From Eledone cirrhosa (taxonomy: Eukaryota), in contig OZ024740.1 in assembly GCA_964016885.1 (NCBI GenBank), positions 250,852,001-250,916,000 on the forward strand: 64,000 nucleotides of DNA, written 5' to 3'. Shown in pieces: positions 22,041 through 36,560 of this stretch. A program made the translations under genes and the position numbers. The number at the start of each line of letters is the position of its first letter. Position 1 is the stretch's first letter. The notes under the pieces are model-generated. The model was not told the DNA's origin, did no database searches, and saw only the letters and a program-made list of their open reading frames with translations.

Positions 22041-25000
22041 TTACAGGGTCACCCCACCATCAAATACCATGGAGCATCGGCGCCTATGTACTGTATCTTT
22101 TCGCACGATCAATATAAAAACACGCCGAGTGGAACGGGCATCCGAGTCCCAGATCCAAAGAGCTTTGGGACATGTGTGGGCTCAAAAACCACACATCAGA
22201 CGTGGACGAAGATATGGGACTGTAGACGTGTTCTTTGGAACCCTACAGGAAGCCAGAGAGCACTCCATGGCTCCATTAAAAAGTGACGAGTTCACATTCG
22301 TCCCAAGCTACCGTGGACAAAGGCAGGTAAAAATAAATTCTCTGGCTGATAGCTGCCGTCTTTGCCGACATCGAGGCCGACACAAAAGGGATCGAGGTGA
22401 TTAGAGTAAAACAGGAAAACTGGTCCGATCTGAAAGGGAGTTCCTGATCCAAGCGGAACAAAAAAACATCCAAGAGATTCCAGAGGTGATCGGCCTCAAT
22501 GACGGCCGCCACCTCACCGTAATCGTTGAAGGTCAAGGTATGTCGTTTGTGGCGAAGGAACCCACCTAAAGGCCTTCTGCCATCAGGGGATGGCTAAAAG
22601 ATTAAGGCCACCTCTCCTGCCCACCCTAGTGACTCAACCATCAAAACCAGCAGCAGAAACGGCAGCAACAACTGTAGCAGCAACTGTAGCATCAACGGTA
22701 GCAAGACCAACACCACCATCGCCCACCGCGACAGAAGTAACACCAACGCCTGTGGAGGACATTCCACTTCCCGACCTCTCACAACTGGAGACGGATTGTG
22801 ACGTGGAGGAGGGTTGGAAACTGTATCTGGCAAAAAAAGAAACCAAAAAAGAAAAAAAACTGCTCTTCCTCCGCCCCCCCCCCCCCCAAAGAGAGAGAGA
22901 GAGAGAGAGGGCGAAACAAACACACAAACTAACAAGAAAGTTAAGACAGCTACGCCACCACCCACACCAGCATCACCAGTCCCATCACCACAAACACCAT
23001 CACCATTATCAACCCCAACACCACCAACACCACAAAAAACACCAACAAGCCAAACAGAAACAAACCAACAACAAACGGAAACAAAACAAAGCAACCAAAC
23101 CGAAACACACTACACAGCATGAAACTTGAACAATAAACAATTATTACACTACATCCAACACAACGCCAGCATCTCAGAAAAAGACTATAGAACACCCAAA
23201 AAATTCTCACCGCAAATCACCCGCATCACACAGAAAACATACACAAAATTAAATTAAAATTCCCCAAGGACATCGGAGACTTCCGGCAAACACTTTCCAG
23301 GAGGATATATAAAGACATCCTTCCGGAGAGGGCCACAAACAGTCAGAAGGACGAAAAAAACCCATCCTTCCTCCATTCCTTTTCAACATGACCTTACTCA
23401 GAATAGGCAGCATAAATACGCGTGGCCTGTAGTCGTCATGGATGCAGGGTCACCTGCTGAACGACCTCAGGTCAATGAACATAGATATGCTGGCCATCAG
23501 CGAGACCAGAATTTCCGAGGCACATGCCTTCGCACCTACCTTCGGCGGTTACGATGTGTACGCATCTCCAGGTCGCCCGGGATCGGGAGGCGGAGTCGCT
23601 GTGTTGTTTCGGAGAGGCATGGATCTCGTGATACAGACCATCTTCCTGGACCCAGAAGGTAAGTCGGTGGTGCTGGACGTGATCATCGGCTAAGGCTATT
23701 CTTTTAGGCTAGTGGCTATTTATGCCCCGACAGGGGCAGGACGGCCTGGTTTCTTCGGGCGACTTGAGACCTTCCAAGGAACGTCCCGCTTTTTAATGTT
23801 AGTGGGCGATTGGTACGGAATCTAGGATGCACGCTATGATTGTGTAGGATTAGCGGATAGAGGAGGAGGGTGTAAACCTGCTCAGACGTTTTCAATTGTC
23901 TGACAGGTACCGACTGGATTTCACGAATGTGCCGATGTGGACATGGGCAAACCGCATCGGGTCATCCAGATCGTATCTAGATAAATTATTTTGTAGGAAA
24001 ATAGATAGTTCTAGAATAGGTTGTCCACAATTCACAATTCACGGACCACGAATTCATGATCTGTGTGGTCCACTTAGATAGGTTTCATAGACTGGGACCC
24101 GGCTAAACAGCGCGCAAGGCCTACAGAGACCGGATTAGCGAACTAGTTAAGCGGGCGTTGGTAGGGGCCATCGTCAACAACAAATGGTGGTTTGCTCTGA
24201 AAAGGGCAATTAGATTAGAGACCATTAGATTTAGTAAGAGTGGAGTGAGATCTAGTTATAAAATTAGACGAGGCGCTTAGTAAAGGCATCGCTACAGATG
24301 TTCTTGAGGCGAAAGCACGAAGGCTGTGTTGTCTGAGCTGCGCGTGCTCTCAGATACGAGGGGACGAAAGCGGTTCGATGTGCTTGTATAGCGGAGGCGG
24401 GTTGTGGCAACAAAGCCACGACCCGGTCTTTGAAGAACTATGACGGGTGCATGTTACTCGATCCCGGGCAAATGTGTGCGTCTTTTCAGTGACACTTCAC
24501 TCAGCTGTTCGGGGGAAGTGGTGGGTAGGATCGCAGGATCGACTTTAGCGCCTACCTCCACGGACTGCCGCAGCTCTCGGCCACTAAGTCGGAGCGTTGC
24601 AAAATGCCGATAACAGCCGCTGAAATACGAGAGGCAATGACTGACAGCACGATGGGTAAATCGCCTGTTTGGATGGTCTACCCTACGAGCTTTATGTACA
24701 CATGCCAGACTTGTTCGGCGACCTCTTGGTGGACGTCTACTGCAACTGGCAGCAGAACGGGAGAAGTCTCAGCTCTGTGAGCTGAGGAGAAGTAGCGCTG
24801 CTAAGAAAGGACCCGAACAAGGGGACAAGATAGATCATTTCAGGCCCATAACTCTGCTAAGATTTTGGCCAAGATGCTAGCAAAGAGGATGGCGCTTGTC
24901 GTCGGTGGTTTGGTGGGAGAGGCGCAGACATGCACCATTCCAGAGAGATCCATCTACGACAACCTCCACCTCATGCGATACATCGTGGAGAGGGCAGCTA

Positions 25001-26910
25001 AGGAACCTGGCACGGGAGGGTCCTTGATCAATTTAGATCAGTCGAAAGCTTTCGATAGGGTCGACTATCGTTATCTGGCGGTGGTCTTGAGGGCGGCCGG
25101 CTTTGGGCCCGTCTTCAGAGGCTGGATCGCTGCCATGCACAGTGACGTCTGCCCTGTGGTGAGAGTGAACAGTCACCTTTCGCAACCGTTCAACATCATG
25201 CTCTCGGTTCGCCAAGGATGTCCCCTCTCGTCCCTCTTGTACGTATTGACTCTCGAGCAATTACTGCACAAGCTGGAGACGTTGAGGGGTGTCCCGCGCG
25301 AACTTGGAAGCGGGAGAACAGTGTCAGCATATGCCGACGATATCACCGTAGTGGTGTCGAACGCCAAACACATCAAACTGAGAAAATATGAGGCGGTGAC
25401 AGGAGCAATGATTAACCGGCTCCGCAGCTGGAGAGGCAGGTCCATGCCGTCCAACAGCATCGTCTGGCGTAGGACGGACGTACCGGTTAAATTGCTAGGG
25501 GTCTGGTTCGGTCCGGACCTTCAGACAGACAAAAACTGGGACAAGATGACGAGCAGGGTGGTTTCTCTCACCCAGAAATGGGCCGAGAGGAAGCTATCCC
25601 TGAAAGGTCGAGCGGAGGTGGCGAACGCGTACATCACGTCCGTCATCTATTACCGCCTGACCATCGTGCGTTGTCCTTAAGCCTCGCCTGACTGCGTTGG
25701 AGCGTTTGCTCTTTCGCTTTTTGTGGAAGAGACGCGCTCCGATGGTCAGGTGGTCCGTTTGCTGTCAACACCCGCTACGTGGAGGACAGGGCATGCTGTG
25801 GCTGATAATGCGCAAATATGTTCTCAGGCTACGACATCTCCACCTCTTCCTCGATGGTGATCAGGTGTGGTCGCCATTTTCTAGACGCATTTTTCCCCAG
25901 CTCGTCTCCTTGACGGAGTTGCAATCCTGGGTCAAGCGAAGACCGAGAGGAAGCACTTGGAGACTGGAATGTCTTCAGGCGCTCACAGCCCTCGACTAAT
26001 CGGCAATAAGATCGGTGGAAACCCAACCTTGGTGTTCTATAGAGGGAAGGAAAGAGCGACGACGTCCTTGGGGAGAGTCTGGGCGTCGACGAAAATCAAC
26101 TAACCAATCTCTTCGGAAGGACTTTCGGGCCGGGGTCCATGGACAACTTCCAGAAATCCCTGACCTGGCAATGCTACCGAGGAGCTTTGCCAGTTCGGGA
26201 TAAACTCTACATGCATGGAGGTGCCGTCAGTCGGGCATGTCCGAGATGCGCGCAGTGCGACGAAACCGTCCTGCATGCACTCGTCCAGTGTCCAAGCTTT
26301 GCTGGCTCGTGGGTTTATGTCGAACACCTACTGTCGCGTGTAAGACGGATCCGGCTATCAGCTGAGTCCATCGTGAGGATTGCCCCACCGTCTTCCTTTA
26401 ACGAAGAAGGGCAGGGAGTTTTTATCTGCCTGGTGGCCATGGTGAAATAGATGTCGTGTGGTAGACGCGTATGAAAGGGCTGAAGACGAACACTTACCTC
26501 TTCGGTGATGCCCTGATTAACCTTTTCAAATTTCATTTGAAAAGGAAAATCAGGGTAGTGCTCTCTTCCCAGCATTTTGCTGAAAGGTGGGTAAGAGAGG
26601 CAAGCATGGCCCGAGTGAATGGGCCTACCCTGAGTATGCGACTGTAAATTGAAGGTGGAAAACCGGGAGAGGTCACTTGCCCTGATGGTCAGGGTCACCG
26701 TGGCTTTTTTAATGGGCTTTCTCCACGAATATCCCTCGGAAATCTCCCCCCCCCCCACACACACACACCTAGTGGGGAATTTTCCTTTGTTTCTTTTTTG
26801 TTATTATCTGTGTTTTTTTTTACTTTACACGCAGAAATGCCCATTTGTACCATCCTGTGCTGTCCTTAATGTTATACTTTATGCCAACCCTCGTAGTTAA
26901 TAAACAAAAC
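22040..26910 (+). mobile_element. Tx1 copy D (same subfamily as A and G), degraded
   Basis: ORF1 from MEHRRLCTVS; APE; RT at 24865-25680 with YADD; zinc finger CPRC; 3' end AATAAACAAAACA then degenerate (TTA)n. Confidence 0.9.
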
Positions 26911-27303
26911 ATTATCATTATTTCCATTATTATGTTTATTGCACATCATTACTGCTTTACAGAGCACAGCTCTGTGCACCTTGGGTATGAGTAGTGTAGT
27001 TTTTGCTGATGTCGTTTCTATTTTATTGATAATACTTTTCTTAATATGTGTACAGTTGCCTAGTAGTGATATCTTTTGTATGCTGTATATATTTGTAACC
27101 CCTGGGCTTTTGGCTATGTATTTGTCTATCATTCCGAGAGTATCTTTAGGTATTGTTTCTGCTTTCATTTTCCACATTCGAGTTATTTCTATCTCTAGAC
27201 CTTTATATTTGGAGAGTTTCTCTATTTCCTTGGAAGATATATTGTCGTCTGTGGGGATTGATACATCTATTAGAAGGCATTTTGTTCTATGTGGTCTTTT
27301 ACT

Positions 27304-27484
27304 ATAATTGTTTCTACTTTTGGCACAAGGCCAGCAATTACCCAGAGCATTACTGGTACTTTATTTTATCGACCCCGTAAGGATGAAAGGCAAAGTTAAC
27401 TCGGCGAGATTTGAACTCAGAATGGCAAGGGCCGTAACTCTATACGTCAAAGCATGGCATCCCACCCTCTACCGATACTGCCAA
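27304..27484 (-). mobile_element. tRNA-derived SINE
   Basis: Full match to the family consensus ending TGTGCCAAAAGTAGAAACAATTAT. Confidence 0.85.
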
Positions 27485-29545
27485 CTAGTCGGTTGGCCTT
27501 GATCTATCTGTCTGTATATATTGGCATATCCCAGAGAATAGTTGCTTTGTCATTCTCAGATTATTTTTCTGGTGTGTGTTTGTACCATCTTTTTCAGTTG
27601 GTATTTCATAATGCTTGCATAATTTCCAGTGTATGAAAGTCCCAACTCCATCATGCCTATGGATATATTCTCTCTTTTGGCTAGAGCTGAGGATCCAGAG
27701 ACTATGTGGTTGATTGTTTCTTCCCTATCTCCACATTATAGTGTTTTGTTTTATTATGTACTTCTGGTAATTTCTGGTAGGTAGACTCTGGCCTTGCGCT
27801 GCAATTAAAAATCCTTCGTCTCAGATTTGTGTGCAGTGCTTCGGAGCCTGTTTTCTGTGTTTCCTTTGTCTACTTCCTTTTTATTTAGTTTTTTGTTGTT
27901 GTTTTTTCTTAGCTTTCATTTTCTTTATAATTATCAGTTAGTCCAGTTTCTGATTTGAATTTTTTGGCTTCCTTGACGACCGAAAACAATTTTAGGTATT
28001 TTTATAGTCCTACAGTAGCTATTTTATTAGAGTTTTCTAGTTGCATAAGGCCCTTCCCCCTTGTGTTCTTGGTCGGTATAATCTTTCTACGTCTGATTTT
28101 GGATGGTGTATTCTAAATGCGGTCATTATTTTTCTTATATTGGCAGTATCGGTAGAGGGTCGGACGCCAATCAGGTGTTTTTCTGGTTCTATCAGAATTT
28201 CATTAAAATTCCTTTGCCAGCATTTCATATAACCCTGTTAAATATTTTAACCAGAAGTTGGGGATCTTGTTATGCCTTCCAGTTGCTTGCCCCTCTCAGT
28301 ATGATAGACACATCATCTGTTGTTATATCCTCTCATAGTTGTTCGTCTGCTGTGTTTGCTGTTCTTGCAAGCTTTGTGCATGGTAATTTCTTTTCCACTT
28401 CTGTCTATATTCTTCTCCAGAACTCTTCCACTTCTTTTACTTTTGGGACTATATTAACTGCTACTTTGTTTCTATTAAATTCTTGGTAGAGTCGTTTTGG
28501 GTTGGAGTGAAACAGCCGATTTTGTTGGAAAAACTTTTGGCGCTTTTCATATCTCCAGATTCTTTGTGCCTTTGCCAGTATTTGTGCATATGCCAGTATT
28601 TTTAAGGCTTTCCTTAGTGTTTGGGATTTCCTTTTCTGTTATGTTATATTTTTTAGTGTTTTTATTTTTTTCTCTGTTCTTAGTTTTGATGGTTTTTTTT
28701 TCCTATTTCGTTTAAGATTGAGAGGTCTTTTCTTTTATTTTCTATCTTTTTTGTACCTTTGTGAGTATTTTGTTTTTCTGGCTTCTATAGCTCTAAGAGG
28801 GTATCCACCTTCTTTTGTAACAACAGTGACTGCTGCATATATTATATTGTTTAAATCTGTGATAGTGGTTTTATTCATATATATATTAAGTCTGTGATGT
28901 CTAGGTTGGCGTCTTATAAGGGTTGTTACTTTATTATTAATTTTTATCTTTGGGGGATTTACCTTTTGATCCAAAGGGGAATCGCCTATTGTTTGGATTA
29001 CTTGGAGTATTTCCTTGTCATCTTGAATTTCGTCATTAGAGGCTATTTTCTCTCTATCTTTTTCTTCATATTTCTTTTTATTTATATTTTTGGTTGTATT
29101 CTTGGAATCAGTTTTTGTTGGTTAGCATTCTGTGTATCTTTTATGGTTGGGATTTGTCTGTTTTGTTGTTTACTTTGTTTACTTTATCTATTTGGCTATG
29201 TCGGTTTTTACGTCACATTTTAAATTTTCTGTATGTTTATGTTCGTTAATTAGTATTTTATCAATATTTGTGTTTTTGTTATGAATTTGTTCTTTTAGTT
29301 GTCCGATATCAGTGTCTGATATTTTTGTTTTTGTTTTTAATATTATCTCCTTAAATTTGCTAGTATCAATTCAAAATGTGGTTTGTTTTTCTGCCAAATT
29401 TTGTCTGTTGTGTTTTTGTGTTTTGGGTATAATGTTGTCGTAAGGTACACGTGTATGATTGAAGCATATTCCTCAGTTGTCCATTTGTGTCTTTTTGATT
29501 TTATTAGGGGTACTTGAGGATTAGAGTCCGGCCCATTATTTAGAT

Positions 29546-29854
29546 CAGTGATTCTCAACGTGGTCCAGGTGGACCACCGGTGGTCCACATAGCATTTCTA
29601 GTGGTCCACAGAGAATTCGTAGCCATAAAAAAATTGTAGCCATTTCACAAAAATGTAACTAATATAATATTTTGTTTAATTACACACATGTCCATTATAT
29701 TTGAAAATTTAGAGATCACAGCTCTGATACTATGGGCATGTGGTTAGAATGTCTCTAGCAGTTCTATTACAAAAGATTTAAAAGTTTAGGTGGTTCACAG
29801 GAAAAAATTACTTATTTTGGTGGTCCACAGCGAAAAGAAGGTTGAGCACCCCTG
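29546..29854. mobile_element. Non-autonomous hAT (Charlie/Buster-like) MITE
   Basis: TIRs CAGTGATTCTCAAC / GTTGAGCACCCCTG; perfect 8-bp TSD ATTTAGAT at 29538-29545 and 29855-29862; subterminal GTGGTCCAC repeats. Confidence 0.9.
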
Positions 29855-30199
29855 ATTTAGATCATTATCATTTGTGTTGGCTTTGGTGCTGCTGTATTTT
29901 CCCTTAAGTTCAAAGAACGAACGTCTGTACAACTGTATTTTGTGTTTATTTTTCGTTGTGTTTATAATACAGCATTTGTAATACAATCAGTAAATTTTGT
30001 TACTTCTGTGTTTCGATATACCAACGGTTTCCATTTCAAACTCTGTGTGATATTATGGCTAATTTTTAAGTTGTTGCATTTTACTCACGTGGTCGCAATT
30101 TTAATAAAGAAAATTATGTTGTAAGGACGATCTATTGTGTTTCCCCTTCGTTTTCTTAGTATATTTATTATTGTTTTGTTGATGGTGTCCGATTAAAAT

Positions 30200-30290
30200 C
30201 TTCGGTGACGCCCTCATTAACTTTTTCAAGTTTCACCAGAAAAGGAAAATCAGGGTGGAGCAGGAAATGCTGCCTTCCAGCCAGTTTGTT
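30200..30290 (+). mobile_element. Small Tx1 ORF2 3' fragment
   Basis: Matches the FGDALINFFKFH.KRKIRVE segment of the other copies. Confidence 0.75.
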
Positions 30291-30339
30291 TGTGAGTATT
30301 CTACAGCAGTTGCACAGAAATATGAAAGCTCAAGTTACC

Positions 30340-31520
30340 TTTAAAAGTCAACTATCTGGGGTAAATCCCAATTGACAACGAGGTAAAGCAAGGTGATATT
30401 CCAGCTCCTACGCTTTTTTCCATCTTCTTTGCTGCCTTGCTCACACATGCTTTCCATGATTGTGACAAAGGCCTTCTCTTACCACCGGAAAGGTTTTCAA
30501 ATTAAGACAGTTTAATGCCAAAACAAAACCTTTTCAAGCTTTGATCAAAGATCTTGTTTAAGCCGACGGCGCTGACTTGCTAGCGCACACAGAAGCTGAC
30601 ATGCAACACATTATGGACCGTTTTCCATCCTTGTGTAAAGCATTTGGGCTTACAATCAGCCTTAAAAAGACCAAAATAATGTTAACCTCAGTTCCTGGAG
30701 AACCATATACTGAACCCAATATCATGGTTTGTGGAACCACGTTGGGAGTAGTAGATAAATTTGACTACTTGGGTCAAACGATGACTCCTTTGATGTTGAA
30801 ATACATCTGCGCAACCAGAAGGCCTCTGTTGCTTTCGGAAAATTGGAAAAGAGAGTTTAGGCTAATCGCAACATTACGAACCAAGATGTGTGTGTGTATA
30901 GATCATGTGTTTTGTCTGCTCTTTTATACTCCGATATTTGGACGCTATTCCGCGTTTTCAGTAGAATTATCTTAGGCGCATATTCAACATCAAGTAGCAA
31001 GACAGAACTAATATTGATGTCCTTGTCAAAGCAGAATGTCCAAGCATTGAGTCTCAAGTAACATCTTCTCAAATGCGCTGGACAGGACATAGCGTTCGCA
31101 TAAAAGAAAACAAGATCCCAAAGCAACTGGTTTACGGTGAGCTTCATCATGGAAAAAGGCGTCAACACAAACCAAAAATGAGGTACAAGGACAACATCAA
31201 GAACAACCTCAAAGTGATGGCGTTTGATATAGACAACTGGGAGGAGATAGCTCTAAATAGGGCTGAGTGAAGAAAGCGCATAAAGGGCAGTTGCAATACT
31301 TTTGAAAAATGCCGCTTAGAACATAAACCACTGAAGCGTCTGTTCCGGAAGGGTTATGCTCAGTCTTGATGAAGACATCAGTAGTTGAACATGCAAATTC
31401 TGTCAACGTGTACTCCTCTCAAAAGCTAGTTACGTTAATCACCTGAAGTCACATGAAAGAACAACCATCCGCAGCACCATTCAACAAAGACCTGGTGAAA
31501 CAACATGCGTGATGTGCAAC
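30340..31520 (+). mobile_element. RTE/BovB-like LINE, 5'-truncated and degraded
   Basis: VKQGDIPAPTLFSIFF, LLADGADL (decayed YADD region), FGLTISLKKTK, MRWTGHSVRI...IPKQLVYGEL..GKR. Confidence 0.82.
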
Positions 31521-32430
31521 AAAGTGTATAGATTTCTCATTAGTTCTGCATAGATATTCTCTTTTTCGCTAATCTTTAATATTATATTGGCATCTGCTAG
31601 GCAGCTAAATTCCACTACTGTGCATGTCTTTTTTTCCCTGTCCCATATCATTATATCTAGTCTGTTATGTTTCACATTTCTTGAGCAAAGAGGACAAGGG
31701 ATTTAATGACAGGATAAATAGCAGCACAGAGAGACTGTCTCCTTGAAATATACCCCTGTGATATTCTATTTTATCAGTGAAAATAGTCCTCCTTCTTTGT
31801 TTTTAACTTTAGGATAGTAGCCCAAAAAGAAGACAGCTTCTCTATGGCGCTGATAATAATGTCTGGGACTTTAGCAAGTCGGAGGGCCTCTATCATCTAA
31901 GAGTGGGGAACAGAATTAAATGCTTTCCTGTGGTCCAGCCAGACTGTAGCCATATTTCTCCTAAGTTGTCGCATCTCTAACATCGCAGTTTTGTTAATTA
32001 GGAGTTGTTCAACACACCCAAACACATTTCTTTCCAGCTGCTTGTTCATCTGTGAAGATATCATTACTGTTGCAGTGATCTTGGAGGAATAGGTTCAGGT
32101 AGGCTGTATACATCTTATACGTCAGGTTCTGGCATGCAATGAGTCGGTAGTTTTTTGCCAAGTGGGTGTCTTTGTTCTTGGGAACCAGTATTGTTTGTGC
32201 CAATGTCAACCATTCTGGTATAAGTGCATCTCCCTTGAGAGGTTGCTGGTAGAGGTCAGTAAGATACCTCCGATAGAATATCAGTTTTTTGTACCAGTAG
32301 CCGACAACAATGTCTCTTCTTGGTGTTTTTTTATCTTGGAGTTTTCCTATCACAATCTTCTCAAGGGTATCCTCATTTATTTCGTATGTTTTTGTTGTAG
32401 TGTAGGAGCGATATCTCTTTTGGATTTCTT
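31520..32430 (-). mobile_element. R4/Dong-type fragments (RT N-terminal part and RLE)
   Basis: GYWYKKL...PEWLT...LVPK...NYRLIAC.N..YK...EQAAGKK; HNRLDIMIWDREKKTCTVVEFSC...KENIY. Confidence 0.75.
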
Positions 32431-32469
32431 TTAGCCAGACTGCCTTTTAGTTGAAATTCTTCTTTTCAC

Positions 32470-32487
32470 TACTACTACTACTAATAA

Positions 32488-32561
<74 letters not shown>
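32470..32561. repeat. (CTA)n microsatellite
   Basis: Direct reading. Confidence 0.97.
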
Positions 32562-32752
32562 TCTGATCAAGCATTAACTGCCTCAGTTCTTCACCGGGTG
32601 ATTCTGCATCTTCCGTTCTCACCGGAGGGGTTGAAAATCCATTCGGTGAAATGCGTGTCATCGTGTATGGTTTGCGAATTTGTTATGGAACTCTCTCTCT
32701 CTCTCTCTCTCTATCGATATATAGATATATTGATATATAGATATATAGATAT

Positions 32753-33482
32753 ATTGAAGTCACCCAGAACAAGCAGGATGTTGTGAGCTCTATGGTGTTG
32801 ACAGCTCTACACACTTCCTCATGGAACTCCTCTGCACTCACATCACTGTCCCCCTCAGTTGGACTATAGGCCGAGATGACTGTCAGCCTTGGGTTTCCAT
32901 TGAAGGTCACCCTCAAAACTGGCAAGAAGACATGTATGATCTCCTCCTACTGCAGCATGTGTTCTTCACAGTTGATGTAGTGATGAGCTGGCTCCTCTTT
33001 CCAATCATCATTCTCTTCACAAGCTAATCATGTAGGGTCCTGTGTTCTTGGATCGCAAGGATCTGCATACCACTCTCCTCAAACAAATGACCCAACTCCT
33101 CTCTCTTCTCCAGCATGTTAACAGTACTCACATTTAGTGTGCCAATTTTAATGGCTCTTCTGCAGGACAAAACTGTATTTTTTATATTTACATAGATGTC
33201 TTAGAGACAGCCCATCCATCATCCACTGGCCCCCTCTACGGGTCTAAACCAGCAGAGTCATAATGACCAGACTGCTCATTGACAGTGCTGTTAGGGGCTC
33301 TAATCCTAGTGCTGTTAATTATATTCTCCATCGTTCTTTTCAATGTCTGATACCTTACTGGCGACAGTCGACTAAGATAATTATTTAACCCATAAATGGG
33401 GCCTTAACAGGTACTACTGCTCCGGGCCAGAGCAGACCTGGGAGTGATAACAACTAAGAGGTACTCCACATTCCCCACAGGT
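32753..33482 (-). mobile_element. Inverted 5' part (leader + APE N-terminal half) of an RTE-clade LINE
   Basis: Minus-strand IGTLNV, ILAIQEH, LRVTFNGNPRLTVISAYSPT, HNILLVLGDFN. Confidence 0.75.
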
Positions 33483-33489
33483 CCTGAAC

Positions 33490-35170
33490 TCCCGTGGAAC
33501 TTTCAAGGAAGATAATAAGCTACAGGAGAAGTACACAGTAGAAGTGAGGAACAGGTTCAGTGCTCTGTGTGGAGAGGCAGAGGAGAGAGAGAGAGAGATT
33601 GAGGTGACTGAGGAGAGTGTGACGAGAAGATACGTGTACTTCACCACTGCAGCGGCAGAAGCAAGTGAGGTCCTGGTGCCGAGGAGAGAGAGGAAGAGGA
33701 GGGACGACAGCTCTGCAGACACAAAAGTGTGTGCAGCCAGAGAACACCTGAGAGCTGCCAAGTACCAATTATATGCTGATCCCACGGAAGAGAGGAAGTG
33801 GCATGTGGAGGTGAGGAAGGAAAAACTCTGTGCCGCTTACACTGAGGTCAGAAAGGAGTTGCTGATGGAGAAGGTCAGGAGTGTAGAGAGAGCTATGGAC
33901 AGGTGTAAGTGTAAAGAGAGCTGGACGATCAATGAGATCACAGGGAGGAAGAGAGGGAGTTCGAGTCAGATCCGGGGAACAGGTCCCAGGGAAAGGAAAA
34001 GGAATTGGCTGGACCATTTTAAGACCCTACTAGAAAAGCCACCTTCCACAGCCCAGGACACTGGAGGGGGGGGGTCAGACATCTGTTTGAAGAACTGGAT
34101 AGTGAGACAGGACCCTTCGCCAGAGAGGAGCTTCAGAGAGTCAAGGATAAGATCAAGGAGGGCAAGGCCCATGGAGTAGATGGAGTGGCCGCAGAGGTGA
34201 CGAAGAGGTGTAATTTTGATGATATCATCCTGGAATTCTGTAACCAGGCACTGGAGAAAGGAGTTGCCCGAACCAGTGGAGGATCAGTAACATCGTCCTC
34301 AAGGAAGGGAGATTTCTCAACAACTACAGGGGGATCTCACTGACGTCACTTGTGACAAAGACCCTCAATAGGATGATTCTTAACAGGATCCAGTCCGAGA
34401 TGAAGAAGAAGCTCAGGGACAACCAGAACGGCTTTGGAGAGGGAAGATCAACCAAAAGGTCACATGCTGATGCTGAGGAGAATCTTAGTGAGAGCTAGAC
34501 CAAAGAGACTTCCTGCTGTCATTGACTTCAGGAAGGCCTTTGATTCTGTGGACCGAGACTGCCTGATGATCTTACAGGCTTATGGAATCCCCCAAAATAT
34601 AGTGGATCTGATATCACTGCTTTACACCAACACCAGAGCCCAGGTCATTACACCTGACGGGATGACAGATTTTTTGAGACACTGGCTGGAGTGCTCCAGG
34701 GAGATTCATTGGCTTCCTACCTTTTCATCATCGCAGTGGACTATTGTATGCGCCTTGCACTGGAGAAACACTAGGACTCTGACTTTACTGTAGCACTGCC
34801 TCAGAGTAGGAGAGTTAAGGCTAAAAAGATATCAGATGAATTTGCTGACAACATAGCTCTACACAGTGAAGGAGCCAGAGGAGTTGATGCAAGAAGTGGA
34901 GACAGTGTCGACGGGTTTGGGGCTGAGAGTGAATGATAATAAGACGAAGTATCTGGTAGAGAATACCAAGGAGCCAGAGAAGATTATCAATATGGGCGGG
35001 AGGCCACTAGAGCTGTTTGAGGACTTCCTATATCTAGGAGCAAAGATTCGGAACACAGAGGATCGTGTGGTGGAGAAAAGAGCAAAGCCTGGGCGGCGTG
35101 TCACAGTTTGAGGTCGCTGTGGAAGTCGGACAGTCGTAAATACCTGAAGATCCATTTATTCGTCGCTTCA
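33490..35170 (+). mobile_element. RTE-clade LINE, linker + RT part, degraded
   Basis: EVRNRFSAL, NYRGISL, QNGF, IDFRKAFDSVDR, GVLQGDSLA, FADNIAL, FLYLG. Confidence 0.82.
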
Positions 35171-35637
35171 GTGGCATCATCAGTGATTAACATGTTTCCT
35201 CCCGTTGTGTTCCTATAATGTTTTCTTATTTTGACTGTGTTGCCTTAGTTTTTTAAGCACATTTTATGTAAATAATTCAGTTATTCAATTATTTGGTTTC
35301 TAAAAGTCGTCGGTTTTACGCATTAGAGTACCCAATGATGGTTTCTGGAATTCAAAAGACAACATTAATCATTCCAAGACATTGGAAAAACCAATATTGG
35401 AAGGATTACAATTCCGTCGTCGGGAGGAGAGTTCTTTGGAATAAGAGAAGTTGAATATATATCATACATATCATGTCGTTGCCGAACCACATGGTGTCCA
35501 ACGTGCTGCGTCACTGAATTACTATATGTCTATACCCCACTCAATGTGGGGTATAAGCACGACGAGCTTATATTGACGCTGGAAATAGCAACCAAAACCA
35601 TCTAAATCTGCTCAACAATGACGGAGCAGTTATTGAT

Positions 35638-36560
35638 ATGTATGTATATCAACTTCAAACCCGAACCTGTAACTGCCGCAATAATACACAATGCCCTCTA
35701 CAGGGGAACTATCTAATGAAAGGCATCGGGTATAAATGTCTGGTTGACACACGCAACACAAAGCACATCTACATCGGTGCAACATCTACGATCTTTAAGA
35801 TGTACAACCATACGAATTCTTTCAAGGACCGGGCTAGGGGGCACTTCACTAGACTGACAGACTTAATCTGGGGCTTGAAAGATAGTGGCACAGCATACTC
35901 CGCCGGGGAGAGACGGTGCAGACTGTGTCTGACTGAAGCCATGGAGATAGTCAGATTAAAGAGTAACGCGGTCAAGCTGAAATCCGAGGTCATCATGACA
36001 TGCAGGCTCCAACAGAACTGCACATTTTCTGCACTGGAATTCCAGGATAATTACAGAGTGAGTCCCGTAGAGGAACGACCGGTATTCATGCGTCCCTCAT
36101 TTATTTCATCTCACGGCCTCAGGCCGCGTCTATCTGTCAAATTACACCCCGGATTGGGGACCACATAATAACAGAATATATAATAACATGTAATAATATG
36201 AATACTAGGGTATATTGTCTGAAACATGTCACCCCGAAAATTGAACCTAGTATGCTTGCGTACCTGTGTGCCGTTAACAACGTTTTCTTCGTTTACTGAT
36301 ATAACGGCAGAGTATTTTACCAGGTACCCGTTTTTATTGGGGGGGGGGGGGGGGTCTGATTCTTGATTCTTGATTATTCGTTTCGTTCGCGAGTACGGAC
36401 CCGAGCAAGGGGATCGACACAAATATATAGGATATGAGATCATATCATTACATATATTGTATCTTATTTTATCTGACTTTATTTTATTTTACTTTACTCA
36501 ATTTTCACCGTATGTTTTGAATGTTTGCGGTGCCCACTGATATACTCAAAGGGACGGTAG
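35638..36560 (+). mobile_element. Penelope-like 3' fragment (GIY-YIG endonuclease) with downstream UTR
   Basis: CNCRNNTQCPLQG...GIGYKC...HIYIGAT...HTNSF...CRLCLTE. Confidence 0.8.

Larger units (their letters stand above)
26935..30190 (-). mobile_element. Old, fragmented R4/Dong-type element carrying SINE and MITE insertions
   Basis: C-terminus MWKMKAETIP...IQKISLLG; FRIHHPKSDVERLY.PRTQGGRAL; ITDLNNIIYAA; N-terminal KRHKWTTEE, collinear with the 4418-9318 element. Confidence 0.78.
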
